A program made the position numbers and the translations under genes. Shown in pieces: positions 25,815 to 34,809 of a stretch of DNA of 64,000 nt (position 1 is the stretch's first letter; each line of letters begins with the position of its first letter). This DNA is from Sulfuritalea sp. (GTDB lineage Bacteria > Pseudomonadota > Gammaproteobacteria > Burkholderiales > Rhodocyclaceae), in the NCBI GenBank assembly GCA_016710465.1, contig JADJVS010000001.1, forward strand, positions 15,255 to 79,254, given 5' to 3'. Below the pieces are notes generated by a model, which searched no databases, was not told the origin of the DNA, and saw nothing but the letters and a program-made list of their open reading frames with translations.

Positions 25815-26735
25815 CTAACCGCGATTGCCGCCCGACATCATTTTCCATCCCGGCTTGGCCGCCGGACCGGACGGACCGCGCCCGCGCACGGGCAGATGAT
25901 CCACGGCCAAACCCTGCGTATATGCCGCTCGCCTAACCAGGGTGTATTTCATCACCCAACCGCTTGCGGCAACCAGCAAACCGGCCAGCAGCACCATCAG
26001 GGAGCGCCCCGGCAGGCCGACCAGCGCAGCGACCAGCACCACGGCCGGCAGACCGTGCCCGATGGTCTGGAAGCGCGGGCCGAAGGCATCGAGCACTTTC
26101 AGGGCCGCCAGGGGCGCGCCGCTCCGGGTCAGGCCGGCGAGGTAACGTCGCCAGCACCAGACGCGCACGGTCAGCAGGACCAGCAGCAGCACCAGCAGTT
26201 TCGTGTCCGGCCCTGCGCCGGCCAGTGCCGCGACACTTGCGGCAAATCCTGCCCCCTCTGCTAGGCCCGTGGACACCATCAACGGCACACTGGCTGGGTG
26301 ACGCCATGCCGGGATGCCCTTGTTCGCCGCCAGGATACGGGCCTGGCTGTAGAGGAAGGCGGCGCCGCAGGCGCCGGCGACCAGGGTCAGCACCACGGAA
26401 GCGGTGATGATCGCCAGTGCGCCTGTCGCAAATACGACCAGTGCAACCACGGCCTCCCGCGTCATCCAGGAGGTGGCGAAGTGGCGATAGACGTTCATCG
26501 CGCGCCAGGGCCTGCCGATCTCGAACCAGACGCAGGTCAGGCCGCAGCCGATCAGCGCCAGGCCCATCAGCAAGGCGGCACGCGTCGCGAAGGCGTCGAG
26601 GCCGGCAAAGGCCGCCACCAGCAACAGGCCACCGCCGGCGCCGCCACAGATGAAGTTGGCGGCGGCGCGCCAGTCCCAGTTGCGCTGCTGCTTGGGCGCG
26701 GCGAGTTCGACCGCGCGGGGGTTGAAGGGCTTCAT
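25815..26735 (-). CDS. padD: Membrane anchor subunit of Mo-oxidoreductase (DmsC/NrfD-like; PadD-like)
   Basis: About eight TM helices. ATGA-coupled to the Fe-S subunit. Confidence 0.65.
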   Translation of the reverse strand: MKPFNPRAVELAAPKQQRNWDWRAAANFICGGAGGGLLLVAAFAGLDAFATRAALLMGLALIGCGLTCVWFEIGRPWRAMNVYRHFATSWMTREAVVALVVFATGALAIITASVVLTLVAGACGAAFLYSQARILAANKGIPAWRHPASVPLMVSTGLAEGAGFAASVAALAGAGPDTKLLVLLLVLLTVRVWCWRRYLAGLTRSGAPLAALKVLDAFGPRFQTIGHGLPAVVLVAALVGLPGRSLMVLLAGLLVAASGWVMKYTLVRRAAYTQGLAVDHLPVRGRGPSGPAAKPGWKMMSGGNRG

Positions 26736-27379
26736 GATTTGTCCCACACGTAGTACACGCCAGGCTCGGTGCCGAGTTCCTCGTGCATGCGGAAATACTG
26801 GGTTTCCGCCAGCAAGGCATTGACGCCGCTGTTCGGATCGTCGATGTCGCCAAAGCCCATGGCGCCCGAGATGCAGGAATTGACGCAGGCCGGCGTCACT
26901 TCGGGGTCGACGCCGGGGACCAGACCCGTGCGTTCGGCGTGGTCGATGCGATCCTTGCAGAAGGTGCATTTCATCGAGACGCCGATACGCGCCGGATCGA
27001 AGCGCGCGGCTTCGGCGGCCGTCGGCGTATCGCCGTAAGCGAAACGCGGTTCATGGACGATGGAGCGCGCGTCGTAGGGACAGGCCATGACGCAGTTGGC
27101 GCAGCCGATGCACAAGTCGTAGTCGATGGCGACCAGGCCGTCGGCGCGCTTGGTGGTGGCCCGCGTCGGGCAGACGCTTTCACAAGGCGGGTCTCCGCAG
27201 TGCATGCAGGCCACCGGCAGGAAGGTGCGCCGCACGTCGGGAAACTCGCCGCTTTCAATATCCAGCACCCGCCGCCACTGGATCCCCGGCGGCGTGGCGT
27301 TGGCGCCCTTGCAGGCCGCCGTGCAGGTCTGGCAACCCACGCAGCGACGCAGGTCGATGGTCATTACGTAGCGGGTCAT
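26732..27379 (-). CDS. padC: 4x[4Fe-4S] ferredoxin subunit of Mo-oxidoreductase (DmsB-like; PadC-like)
   Basis: 'CVGCQTCTAAC', 'CMHCGDPPCESVCP', 'CIGCANCVMACP', 'CTFC'. Confidence 0.8.
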   Translation of the reverse strand: MTRYVMTIDLRRCVGCQTCTAACKGANATPPGIQWRRVLDIESGEFPDVRRTFLPVACMHCGDPPCESVCPTRATTKRADGLVAIDYDLCIGCANCVMACPYDARSIVHEPRFAYGDTPTAAEAARFDPARIGVSMKCTFCKDRIDHAERTGLVPGVDPEVTPACVNSCISGAMGFGDIDDPNSGVNALLAETQYFRMHEELGTEPGVYYVWDKS

Positions 27380-30138
27380 GCTGCGGCCCTCCCTTCCATG
27401 CGTCGTACGGCAACCCGCACGATGTCCGCGCCCGATCCCGTGGCATCGGTCAGATCCAGCGACATCGGCGCGATGCTGTTGAGGCTGGGCGCCTCCAGGG
27501 TCTTGGCGAAGGGCGTCGCCCAATGGTCGAACTGGCCGATGATGACCAGGGTATCGGGGCGTACACCCTGCACCAGCGCCGCCTTGCCATAGGTGGCGCC
27601 GATGTGCGAGCGCACTTCGATGCGGTCGCCCTCGGCGATGCCCAGGCCGGCCGCGGTCTTCGCGTTCATGATCACGCCCGCATGACCGCGCAGGTTCTGC
27701 GCCACTTCATGCATGACCTCGATCGCCGCATTGCCACCGGCGTGATACTGCATGCTCTTGGTGGTCAGCAGCCAGAAGGGGAAGTCTTCCGCCTTGGCGC
27801 CGGCTTTCTCGAGATTACGGATCCAGCGTCCCGGCACGTCATGCCATTCCGGAAGCGCGGCGTATTCGGAAAGCTGTTCGTCCCACCAGTTCATTTTTTT
27901 CTCATGCAGGCGGCGGCCCAGTTCGCGGCCGGCGCGCAGCAGGCGCTCCTGGTAGGGAAGCTCGTAGCGCAGGCCATGCTGCTCCATGGTCGGTGTCAGG
28001 TACCACTCCAGCCGCGACATCGGCACTGTGAAAAAGCCGTTCTGCTCGAACCACTTCAGGTCATGCTCTTCGCGGCCTTCCGACATGGTGCGCGTCGCCG
28101 CGCGGCAAACGGCATCCCAGACCTGTTCGGTGGTCGGCGGAGTGGCGGGATCGAGGCGGAAGTCGTAACCCTCGCCCTTCAGGGGCGAGACGCCGGATAT
28201 GCCCTTGTTGATCGCCTTGACGTAGGATTCGAGCAGGCCGGTGCGCATGGCCAGCTCGGTGGTGATCCAGGTGAAATCGCGCGCCTCGCCCTGGGGTTCG
28301 ACGGCCTTGGCGCGCAGCACCACGCCCTTGTGGTCCCAGAACTGCTCCATGTACTTGGTGCCGCCCATGCGGATCATCTGTGTCGACTCGAGGTCGGTGG
28401 CCTCGGGCAGCAGCACGTCGGCCATGTAGTTGGTCTCATCGACCGTGTAGGCGAAGCAGGCCATGAAAGGGAACTTCGCGGCGATCTCGGCCAGGTGGCG
28501 CGTGTCCCAGAAGGAGATCGAGGGGTTGGAGCGATACACCAGCCAGACCTCGGGCAGGGTCGGCATCGGCATGCTCCAGTCATCCGGGCGCTCGTTCTGG
28601 AACATCCAGGCCAGTTGCGTCGGACCCAGGGCCTGGCTCCAGGCGCCGTTGTGGCCGACGATGGGCACCAGCGTTTGATGCAGGTTGCGCGTCGAGGGGG
28701 CAACCTGCCATTCCTCCTTGGTGGTCGGGTTGAAGTACTGGACCATGAAGCCATCTTCGCCCGGCGCCACCGAAAGGTGACGGTTGTCGCGCGACTTGTT
28801 GAGGCGCACGGTGGTGCCCAGCAGGCCGCCCGGATTTTCCAGCGCACCGACCAGCGCCGCGAGCACGGTGCGTGCCCAACAACACTCATAGGCGCCCCAG
28901 CCATTGTTCACCGATTTGCCCAGCGTCACCGCGACCGGCCGCAAGGGCAGGGTCTTGCCGTCGATCTCGATGGTCTCGCCAATGCTGGCGGCCTCAAGGT
29001 ATTCGTTGGCGATGCGGCGGATGGTTGCCGCCTTGACGTCGCACACCGTCTCGGCCCATTCCGGTGTGTACTTCTCGATGTGCCGCGCCAGCATCTCGTA
29101 GGCGGTCGCCCCCTCGACGTCGCTGTACTCGCGACGCTCCTTGTCGGCATCGACCACCACGGCCCTGGCGACACGGTAGCTGCCGGCCACGGCCGGTTTG
29201 GCGCCGGGCGTGTCATGCACCACGGCGCCGGCCGTGTTCTCGTCCCACACCAGCGGTTTGCCGCTTTGCGGATCGCGCAGATACAGGCCATCCGGCGCCA
29301 CCAGATAGGGCGAGGCGGTGCGATCGCGGAGGAAGGGGATGTCCAGCTTTGCAAGCCCGTTCTCACGCACCAGCACATGGATCAGCGCAAACAGGAAGGC
29401 CGGATCGGTCTTCGGCCGGATCGGCACCCACTCGGCGGAACAGGCGCCCGTCGCCGAAAGATGCGGCTCGACCTGCACCCGCTTGTAGCCGCGCACGCGC
29501 GCGTCGGCGTGACGGGTCACGGCGCAGGGACCGCCGGTGACATCGACGTTGGCGCCCACCGCGATGTTGTATCGACAGTTTGGCGTATCGGCGGCCACGG
29601 TAAAGCCGCGATGCCAGAACTCGCCATAGAGATGCTCGGAATGCACGCACTTGACGCCCTGACCGGAGCCAAAGCTGAAATCGACCTCGCCCCAGGAGGC
29701 CAGGAAGGCCGGGAAGGTGCCCATGTAATTCGACGGCGTGCCGCCGTGGCCCAGGCTGACGGCGACGCGCGGCAGGCCGGCCTCGTCCACCAGGCCCTTG
29801 GCGCGCACCGCCTTGAGCTTTTCGGCGACGATGTCCAGCGCCTCATCCCAGGAGATCGGCACGAAGCCGGGATCCTCATTGCGCCCCTTCTTCGGATTGG
29901 TGCGCTTCATCGGTGTGCTGATGCGATTCGGGTTGTAGGTCTTCTGCACCAGGCCATAGGCCTTGACGCAGACCCGCCCCTTGGCCGGATGCACGTTGGC
30001 CGCGGCGAAGTTCGGCTCGATCTCGGTGGCGACGCCATCGACGACCTTGACATTCATCAGGTCGGGGCCGGAGACACAGTTGTAGCAGTAGCTCGGCACG
30101 TGCTTCACCGACTTGGACTGGGCAGATTCCATGCTCAT
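27376..30138 (-). CDS. padB: Molybdopterin (bis-MGD) oxidoreductase catalytic subunit; phenylacetyl-CoA:acceptor oxidoreductase PadB-like
   Basis: DMSO-reductase-family architecture over ~920 aa with no Tat signal. Start at MSMESAQ with GAGGAA 13 nt upstream. Operon context is pad-like. Confidence 0.75.
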   Translation of the reverse strand: MSMESAQSKSVKHVPSYCYNCVSGPDLMNVKVVDGVATEIEPNFAAANVHPAKGRVCVKAYGLVQKTYNPNRISTPMKRTNPKKGRNEDPGFVPISWDEALDIVAEKLKAVRAKGLVDEAGLPRVAVSLGHGGTPSNYMGTFPAFLASWGEVDFSFGSGQGVKCVHSEHLYGEFWHRGFTVAADTPNCRYNIAVGANVDVTGGPCAVTRHADARVRGYKRVQVEPHLSATGACSAEWVPIRPKTDPAFLFALIHVLVRENGLAKLDIPFLRDRTASPYLVAPDGLYLRDPQSGKPLVWDENTAGAVVHDTPGAKPAVAGSYRVARAVVVDADKERREYSDVEGATAYEMLARHIEKYTPEWAETVCDVKAATIRRIANEYLEAASIGETIEIDGKTLPLRPVAVTLGKSVNNGWGAYECCWARTVLAALVGALENPGGLLGTTVRLNKSRDNRHLSVAPGEDGFMVQYFNPTTKEEWQVAPSTRNLHQTLVPIVGHNGAWSQALGPTQLAWMFQNERPDDWSMPMPTLPEVWLVYRSNPSISFWDTRHLAEIAAKFPFMACFAYTVDETNYMADVLLPEATDLESTQMIRMGGTKYMEQFWDHKGVVLRAKAVEPQGEARDFTWITTELAMRTGLLESYVKAINKGISGVSPLKGEGYDFRLDPATPPTTEQVWDAVCRAATRTMSEGREEHDLKWFEQNGFFTVPMSRLEWYLTPTMEQHGLRYELPYQERLLRAGRELGRRLHEKKMNWWDEQLSEYAALPEWHDVPGRWIRNLEKAGAKAEDFPFWLLTTKSMQYHAGGNAAIEVMHEVAQNLRGHAGVIMNAKTAAGLGIAEGDRIEVRSHIGATYGKAALVQGVRPDTLVIIGQFDHWATPFAKTLEAPSLNSIAPMSLDLTDATGSGADIVRVAVRRMEGRAAA

Positions 30139-30155
30139 GTTCGTCACCAATTTCC

Positions 30156-31001
30156 TCAATGAATCCGTTGCGGATGCGAATACACGCAATGCCGCTCGCC
30201 ACGGGCGAAGCCGATCAAGGTCACGCCCGACTCGACCGCCACTCGCACGGCCATCCCGGTGGGCGCGGAAACGGCGGCGACCACGGCGATGCCGGCTGCC
30301 GCCGCTTTCTGCACGATCTCGTAGCTGGCGCGGCTGGTCATCAGCACGAAGCCCCCGTCGAAGCGTTGCCCGCGACGGGCCAGCGCGCCGACCATCTTGT
30401 CCAGCGCGTTATGGCGACCGACGTCTTCGCGCAGCAGTTCGATGCGGCCATCCGCTTCGCACCAGGCGGCGGCATGCACCGCGCCGGTGGCCCGAAACAG
30501 CGCCTGACTGGCCTGCAGGCCGGAAAGAGCGCGGGCTACCGCGCCCTCGGCGAGCACCGTTGAAGATTCGACCCGGGCGCTGCGGCGCGCCAGTTGATCC
30601 AGGCTTTCGGTGCCGCACAGCCCGCAGCCGGTGCGGCCGGCCAGGCTGCGCCGATGCCGCTTGAGCGCCTGCGCCCGCTCGGCCGTGATCTGCATCTGGA
30701 CTTCGATGCCGCTGCCGCCTTCGATGATTTCAAGATCGAGGACTTCCCCGGCGCGGCCGACGATGCATTCGCTGAGGCTGAAACCAATTGCAAAGTCTTC
30801 AAGGTCGGCCGGCGTAGCCAGCATCACGGCATGGGATATCCCGTTGTAGACCAGAGCCACCGGCACTTCCTCGGCGAGGATCTCGGCGCTGGATACCGCA
30901 TCGCCGCCCGTGCGCCGACTCGCCGGATAGATGCGGTGCGTCTCCTGATCCGTGCCAGTTGCGTGATGCATTGTGGCCTGCTCCTCCGAAAGGGCTTTCA
31001 C
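30156..31001 (-). CDS. fdhD: FdhD-type sulfurtransferase / Mo-enzyme maturation protein
   Basis: 'LVYNGISHAVMLATPADLEDFAIGF', 'GRTGCGLCG'. The start could instead be 30971. Confidence 0.85.
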   Translation of the reverse strand: MKALSEEQATMHHATGTDQETHRIYPASRRTGGDAVSSAEILAEEVPVALVYNGISHAVMLATPADLEDFAIGFSLSECIVGRAGEVLDLEIIEGGSGIEVQMQITAERAQALKRHRRSLAGRTGCGLCGTESLDQLARRSARVESSTVLAEGAVARALSGLQASQALFRATGAVHAAAWCEADGRIELLREDVGRHNALDKMVGALARRGQRFDGGFVLMTSRASYEIVQKAAAAGIAVVAAVSAPTGMAVRVAVESGVTLIGFARGERHCVYSHPQRIH

Positions 31002-31117
31002 CCGCTTTTCGTTACGATACAGAACGGTGATTCTAAAAGCAAGCGTTTTGTATCATATTAGAAGCGCCTAATGCGGCATACTGTATACATTCGCCCCGAA
31101 CAAGGCGCTCGCCTACA

Positions 31118-32131
31118 ATGCCGCCGGAAGGGCAGAACCCAGCCCCGAAACCCATGCCCCGCATCGGAAAACAATTGAAAAGCCGACACCTCAGCCAGTG
31201 GATCGCCAACTTCCTCGACCGGCATCCGACACGTGCCAATTCCCTGATCATCACGGTCTACGGCGATTTCATCGCGCCGCATGGCGGCACGGTCTGGCTC
31301 GGCAGCTTCATCCGCCTGATGGAGCCGCTGGGCCTCAACGAGCGCATGGTGCGCACCAGCGTCTATCGCCTCTCCCAGGAGAAATGGCTGGTCTCGGAAC
31401 AGATCGGGCGCCGCAGCTATTACAGCCTCACCACCTCGGGCCGGCGCCGCTTCGAGCAGGCCTATCGGCGCATCTATTTCGCCCCCCAGGACACCTGGGG
31501 CGGAGAATGGCAGTTGGTGCTGATTCCCGGCTCGCTGGCCGGGGCGCCGCGAGATCAACTGCGCAAGGAACTCGCCTGGGCCGGCTACGGCGCGCTGGCC
31601 TCTGGCATTCTGGCCCATCCCTCGGCGGATACCGAAGCCTTGCTGGACATCCTTCAGGAAACCGGCGCCCATGACAAGGTGGTCGCCATGCGCGCGGCCA
31701 ACATCAGCGCGCTGACCAGCAAACCGCTGCAGGAACTGGTCCATGAATGCTGGAATCTCGACGTGCTCGCCGCCAAGTACACCGACTTCATCGAATGCTT
31801 CCGGCCGGTGCTGCGCACGCTTCGCGCGGCCGGCGATCTCGATCCCGAACAGTGCTTTCTGGTCCAGACCCTGCTGATGCACGACTTTCGCCGCGCCTTG
31901 CTGCATGACCCGCAGTTGCCCGTGCAACTCTTGCCCGTCAATTGGAGCGGCGGGGTGGCACGGCAGCTTTGCCGCGACATCTATTCCATCACCTGGCCTC
32001 ATGCCCAACGCCACCTGCTGGCGGTCTGCGAAACCGCGAGCGGTCCATTGCCGCCTCCGGCGACGTATTTCCTGGAGCGCTTTGGCGGTCTGGCAGTCGC
32101 GGGGGCCAGCCCGGCGCTGGCAACCGCATAG
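31118..32131 (+). CDS. paaX: PaaX family phenylacetyl-CoA-responsive transcriptional repressor
   Basis: 'SLIITVYGDFIAPHGGTVWLGSFIRLMEPLGLNERMVRTSVYRLSQEKWL'. The start could instead be 31154. Confidence 0.85.
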   Translation: MPPEGQNPAPKPMPRIGKQLKSRHLSQWIANFLDRHPTRANSLIITVYGDFIAPHGGTVWLGSFIRLMEPLGLNERMVRTSVYRLSQEKWLVSEQIGRRSYYSLTTSGRRRFEQAYRRIYFAPQDTWGGEWQLVLIPGSLAGAPRDQLRKELAWAGYGALASGILAHPSADTEALLDILQETGAHDKVVAMRAANISALTSKPLQELVHECWNLDVLAAKYTDFIECFRPVLRTLRAAGDLDPEQCFLVQTLLMHDFRRALLHDPQLPVQLLPVNWSGGVARQLCRDIYSITWPHAQRHLLAVCETASGPLPPPATYFLERFGGLAVAGASPALATA

Positions 32132-32166
32132 GTTGACCGAGATCAAATGATACATTTTTGTCAGGT

Positions 32167-32181
32167 CTTGCGAATCATTTT
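32167..32181 (-). promoter_or_regulatory. PaaX-operator-like site
   Basis: Minus strand reads AAAATGATTCGCAAG, matching 12 of 15 positions of the published PaaX consensus WWTRTGATTCGYGWT (quoted from memory). Lies 65 nt upstream of the 32246 ATG. Confidence 0.45.
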
Positions 32182-32245
32182 GTATCTGATATAGTTCGCC
32201 CCTGAGGCAATCCGGCGTTCGCCCGGAACCTCCGGGGAGAACACC

Positions 32246-34336
32246 ATGAGCAAGACGTCAATCGCCACCAACGGCAATCCTGACCTGGTCCGGCTGGCCA
32301 CCAGCCTGTTCCGTCAAGCCGCCGCCACCGGCAGGCGGAGTCTCGAACCCTTTGAACTTGAATCACTGCTGACCGCGCTGGGCCTTGGCTTTGCGCCTGG
32401 CGCCAGCGAGCTGACGGACCTGCGCATCAGCCTCAACCGCACCCGCGAATTCGGCATGGTGCTGAGCGCCGGTTTGGGCGGGCTCGACGCCGAACTCGAC
32501 GAAGGCAACTTCCGCCGCGACCGCGCCTCGGTGTATGCCGCGGCGGAACTGACCGATGCCGACAACTTCCTCGCCCTGTTCAAGCGCACCATTGCCTGGC
32601 AGCGAATTGCGGCCCAGGCCGCTCGCGCGGGCAAGATGCCGCCCGAAGCGGCGCTGCGCGCCTGTTTCGATGGCCTGCTGGCACTGGCCGCCGGTCCATG
32701 GGGCGCCGATTCGGATGCACTGCTGCCGCAACATCTGGAACTGAATCCGGTATGCGCCACCGACACCATCGCCGTCGGCGCCGCGCGTTGCGAGTTCGCC
32801 CCGGCCCCGCCGCGGCGCCTGCCGCGCCCGACAGACAAGATCGCCAAGCTGATCCACCCGAAGTCGATAGGCATCATCGGCGTCTCCTCGACCAGCATGA
32901 ACTTCGGCCGCATCATCCTGAAGAACCTGATGGGCAGCGGCTATCCCAAGGATCAACTGTGCATCATTCGCCCCGGCGAAACCGAGATCGACGGCGTGCG
33001 CTGCGTCGAGGGGCTGAAGGCCCTCGACGGCAAGCTTGACCTTCTGATCGTCGCGGTGGCCGCCAGCGCGGTATATGAGCTGGTCGACGAGATCATCGAG
33101 ACCGATGCGGTCGAGTCCGTGATGCTGATTCCCGGCAGCCTGGGCGAAACGCGCGCCAGCCGCGAGCCCGCCGCCGCGCTCGCCGAACGCATCAATGCCG
33201 CGCACGGTAAGCCCGGCGGCGGGCCGATCTTCCTCGGTGCCAACTGCCTGGGCGTGGTTTCGCATCCGGGCAACTACGATTCCTGGTTCATTCCGCTCGA
33301 ACGCCTGCCCAAGCCGCCGAAAAAGGCCGAGCGCAATTCGGTGATGCTCTCCCAGAGCGGCGCCTTCATGATCACCCGCATCAGCCAGAATCCCTGGCTC
33401 GACCCGCGTTACATGCTGGCGCTGGGCAACCAGACCGACCTGACCCACGGCGACATGCTCGCCTATTTCGCCGAACTGCCGGAGATCGAGACCATCGGCA
33501 TTTACATCGAGGGCTTCAAGGATGGCGACGGGCTCGACTTTGCCCGCGCCGTGCGCAAGGCCGTGGCGAAGGGCAAGGACGTGGTGGTGTACAAGTCCGG
33601 CAAGACCGCGCCCGGCATGGGCGGCGTGATGGGACATACCGCCTCGATCGCCGGCGGCCCGATACTCTTCGAATCCGTGGTGAGGCACGCCGGCGCCATC
33701 GTCGCCGAAGATTTCAACGGCTTCGACGACCTGTTCTACGTCGCCGGCGCACTGCACGGCAAGACGATAAGCGGCAAGCGGCTGGGGGCCATCAGCGGCG
33801 CCGGCTTCGAGGCCGTGGGCATGGCCGATTCGATCGAGTCGGACAGCTTCGCCATGGAAATGGGCGCCCTGGAATCCGGCACGATCACCGCGCTGGAAGA
33901 CGTCCTCAAGGCCAAGAAGCTCGACGCCCTGGTCGAGGTGCGCAATCCGATCGACATCAACCCCGGCGCGGACGACGAGGCCCACCTGCAGATCGTCGAG
34001 GCCTTCCTGCGCGACCCGAACATCGACGCCGTGGTGGTCGGCCTCGACCCCACCGCGCCCTCGGTGCGCGCCCTGGAGTCGAGCAAGCTGCGCCCCGGCT
34101 TCGATATCAATGACCCGAAGAGCACGGTACATCTGATGCCGCCCATCGTCGAGCGCAACGCCAAGCCGATCATCGGCATTGTCGATGGCGGCAGCCTCTA
34201 CGACACAATGTCCGCGCGCCTGATGGACCAGGGCGTCTGCATTTTCCGCAACTGCGCGCGCGGCACCAGGGCGCTGGTGCGCTACGTCGAAGCCCGCCTC
34301 AATGCCGACGCCATCCGTCGGCGCCCGTCGAACTGA
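32246..34336 (+). CDS. ADP-forming acyl-CoA synthetase-like (CoA-binding / succinyl-CoA-synthetase-like) protein
   Basis: 'PKSIGIIGVSSTSMNFG' CoA-binding Rossmann fold, 'GANCLGV', 'SQSGAF', 'MGHTASIAG' phosphohistidine-loop-like motif. Confidence 0.7.
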   Translation: MSKTSIATNGNPDLVRLATSLFRQAAATGRRSLEPFELESLLTALGLGFAPGASELTDLRISLNRTREFGMVLSAGLGGLDAELDEGNFRRDRASVYAAAELTDADNFLALFKRTIAWQRIAAQAARAGKMPPEAALRACFDGLLALAAGPWGADSDALLPQHLELNPVCATDTIAVGAARCEFAPAPPRRLPRPTDKIAKLIHPKSIGIIGVSSTSMNFGRIILKNLMGSGYPKDQLCIIRPGETEIDGVRCVEGLKALDGKLDLLIVAVAASAVYELVDEIIETDAVESVMLIPGSLGETRASREPAAALAERINAAHGKPGGGPIFLGANCLGVVSHPGNYDSWFIPLERLPKPPKKAERNSVMLSQSGAFMITRISQNPWLDPRYMLALGNQTDLTHGDMLAYFAELPEIETIGIYIEGFKDGDGLDFARAVRKAVAKGKDVVVYKSGKTAPGMGGVMGHTASIAGGPILFESVVRHAGAIVAEDFNGFDDLFYVAGALHGKTISGKRLGAISGAGFEAVGMADSIESDSFAMEMGALESGTITALEDVLKAKKLDALVEVRNPIDINPGADDEAHLQIVEAFLRDPNIDAVVVGLDPTAPSVRALESSKLRPGFDINDPKSTVHLMPPIVERNAKPIIGIVDGGSLYDTMSARLMDQGVCIFRNCARGTRALVRYVEARLNADAIRRRPSN

Positions 34337-34362
34337 AACCAACACTCCAAGGAGGAATCACC

Positions 34363-34764
34363 ATGAGCGACACCCTCAAGCCCGGCCTTTCCGCCACCCG
34401 CCACGTCGACATCGACCGCGACAAGACCATCAGCTTCATGGGCGACGACTGCCGCGTGTATTCGACGCCGAACCTGCTCTACGACATCGAAATGGCCTGC
34501 CGCGACCTGCTGCTGCAGAACATCGAGCCCGGCAAGGATTCCGTCGGCACGCGCGTCGAACTAGACCACGTCGGCGCCACGCTGATGGGCATGTGGGTGG
34601 ATGTCACGGTGACGCTGACCGAGGTCAACGGGCCCGCCGTGAGCTTCGAATTCACGGCCCGCGACGCGGTCGAGGAAGTCGCCCGCGGCAAGCACAACCG
34701 CTTCATCGTCGGCATCGAGAAAACCGCCCAGCGCCTGCAGGCCAAGCGCGCCAAGGCCGGCTGA
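34363..34764 (+). CDS. Hotdog-fold acyl-CoA thioesterase (FlK-like)
   Basis: 133 aa. 'VYSTPNLLYDIEMACRDLL', 'VGTRVELDHVGATLMG'. Confidence 0.65.
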   Translation: MSDTLKPGLSATRHVDIDRDKTISFMGDDCRVYSTPNLLYDIEMACRDLLLQNIEPGKDSVGTRVELDHVGATLMGMWVDVTVTLTEVNGPAVSFEFTARDAVEEVARGKHNRFIVGIEKTAQRLQAKRAKAG

Positions 34765-34775
34765 AGCAGGACAAG

Positions 34776-34809
34776 AGTCGGCGCCGGCGACACGGCGCCG
34801 CTATTCTTC
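34776..34809 (+). terminator. Intrinsic terminator built from dispersed repeat copy 2
   Basis: CGGCGCCG - GCGACA - CGGCGCCG followed by CTATTCTTC, 12 nt after the thioesterase stop. 22 nt are identical to 14445-14466. Confidence 0.55.

Noticed and set aside
27523-30162. 879-aa plus-strand ORF
   Set aside because: Fully antisense to the padB-like molybdoenzyme gene, low-complexity and without motifs. The same reasoning applies to 9807-11198(-), 12817-14028(-), 19764-20846(+), 32363-34345(-), 36003-37223(+), 37121-38890(-), 39089-40126(-), 43931-44959(-), 49524-51002(+), 52491-53720(+) and 60635-61606(-).
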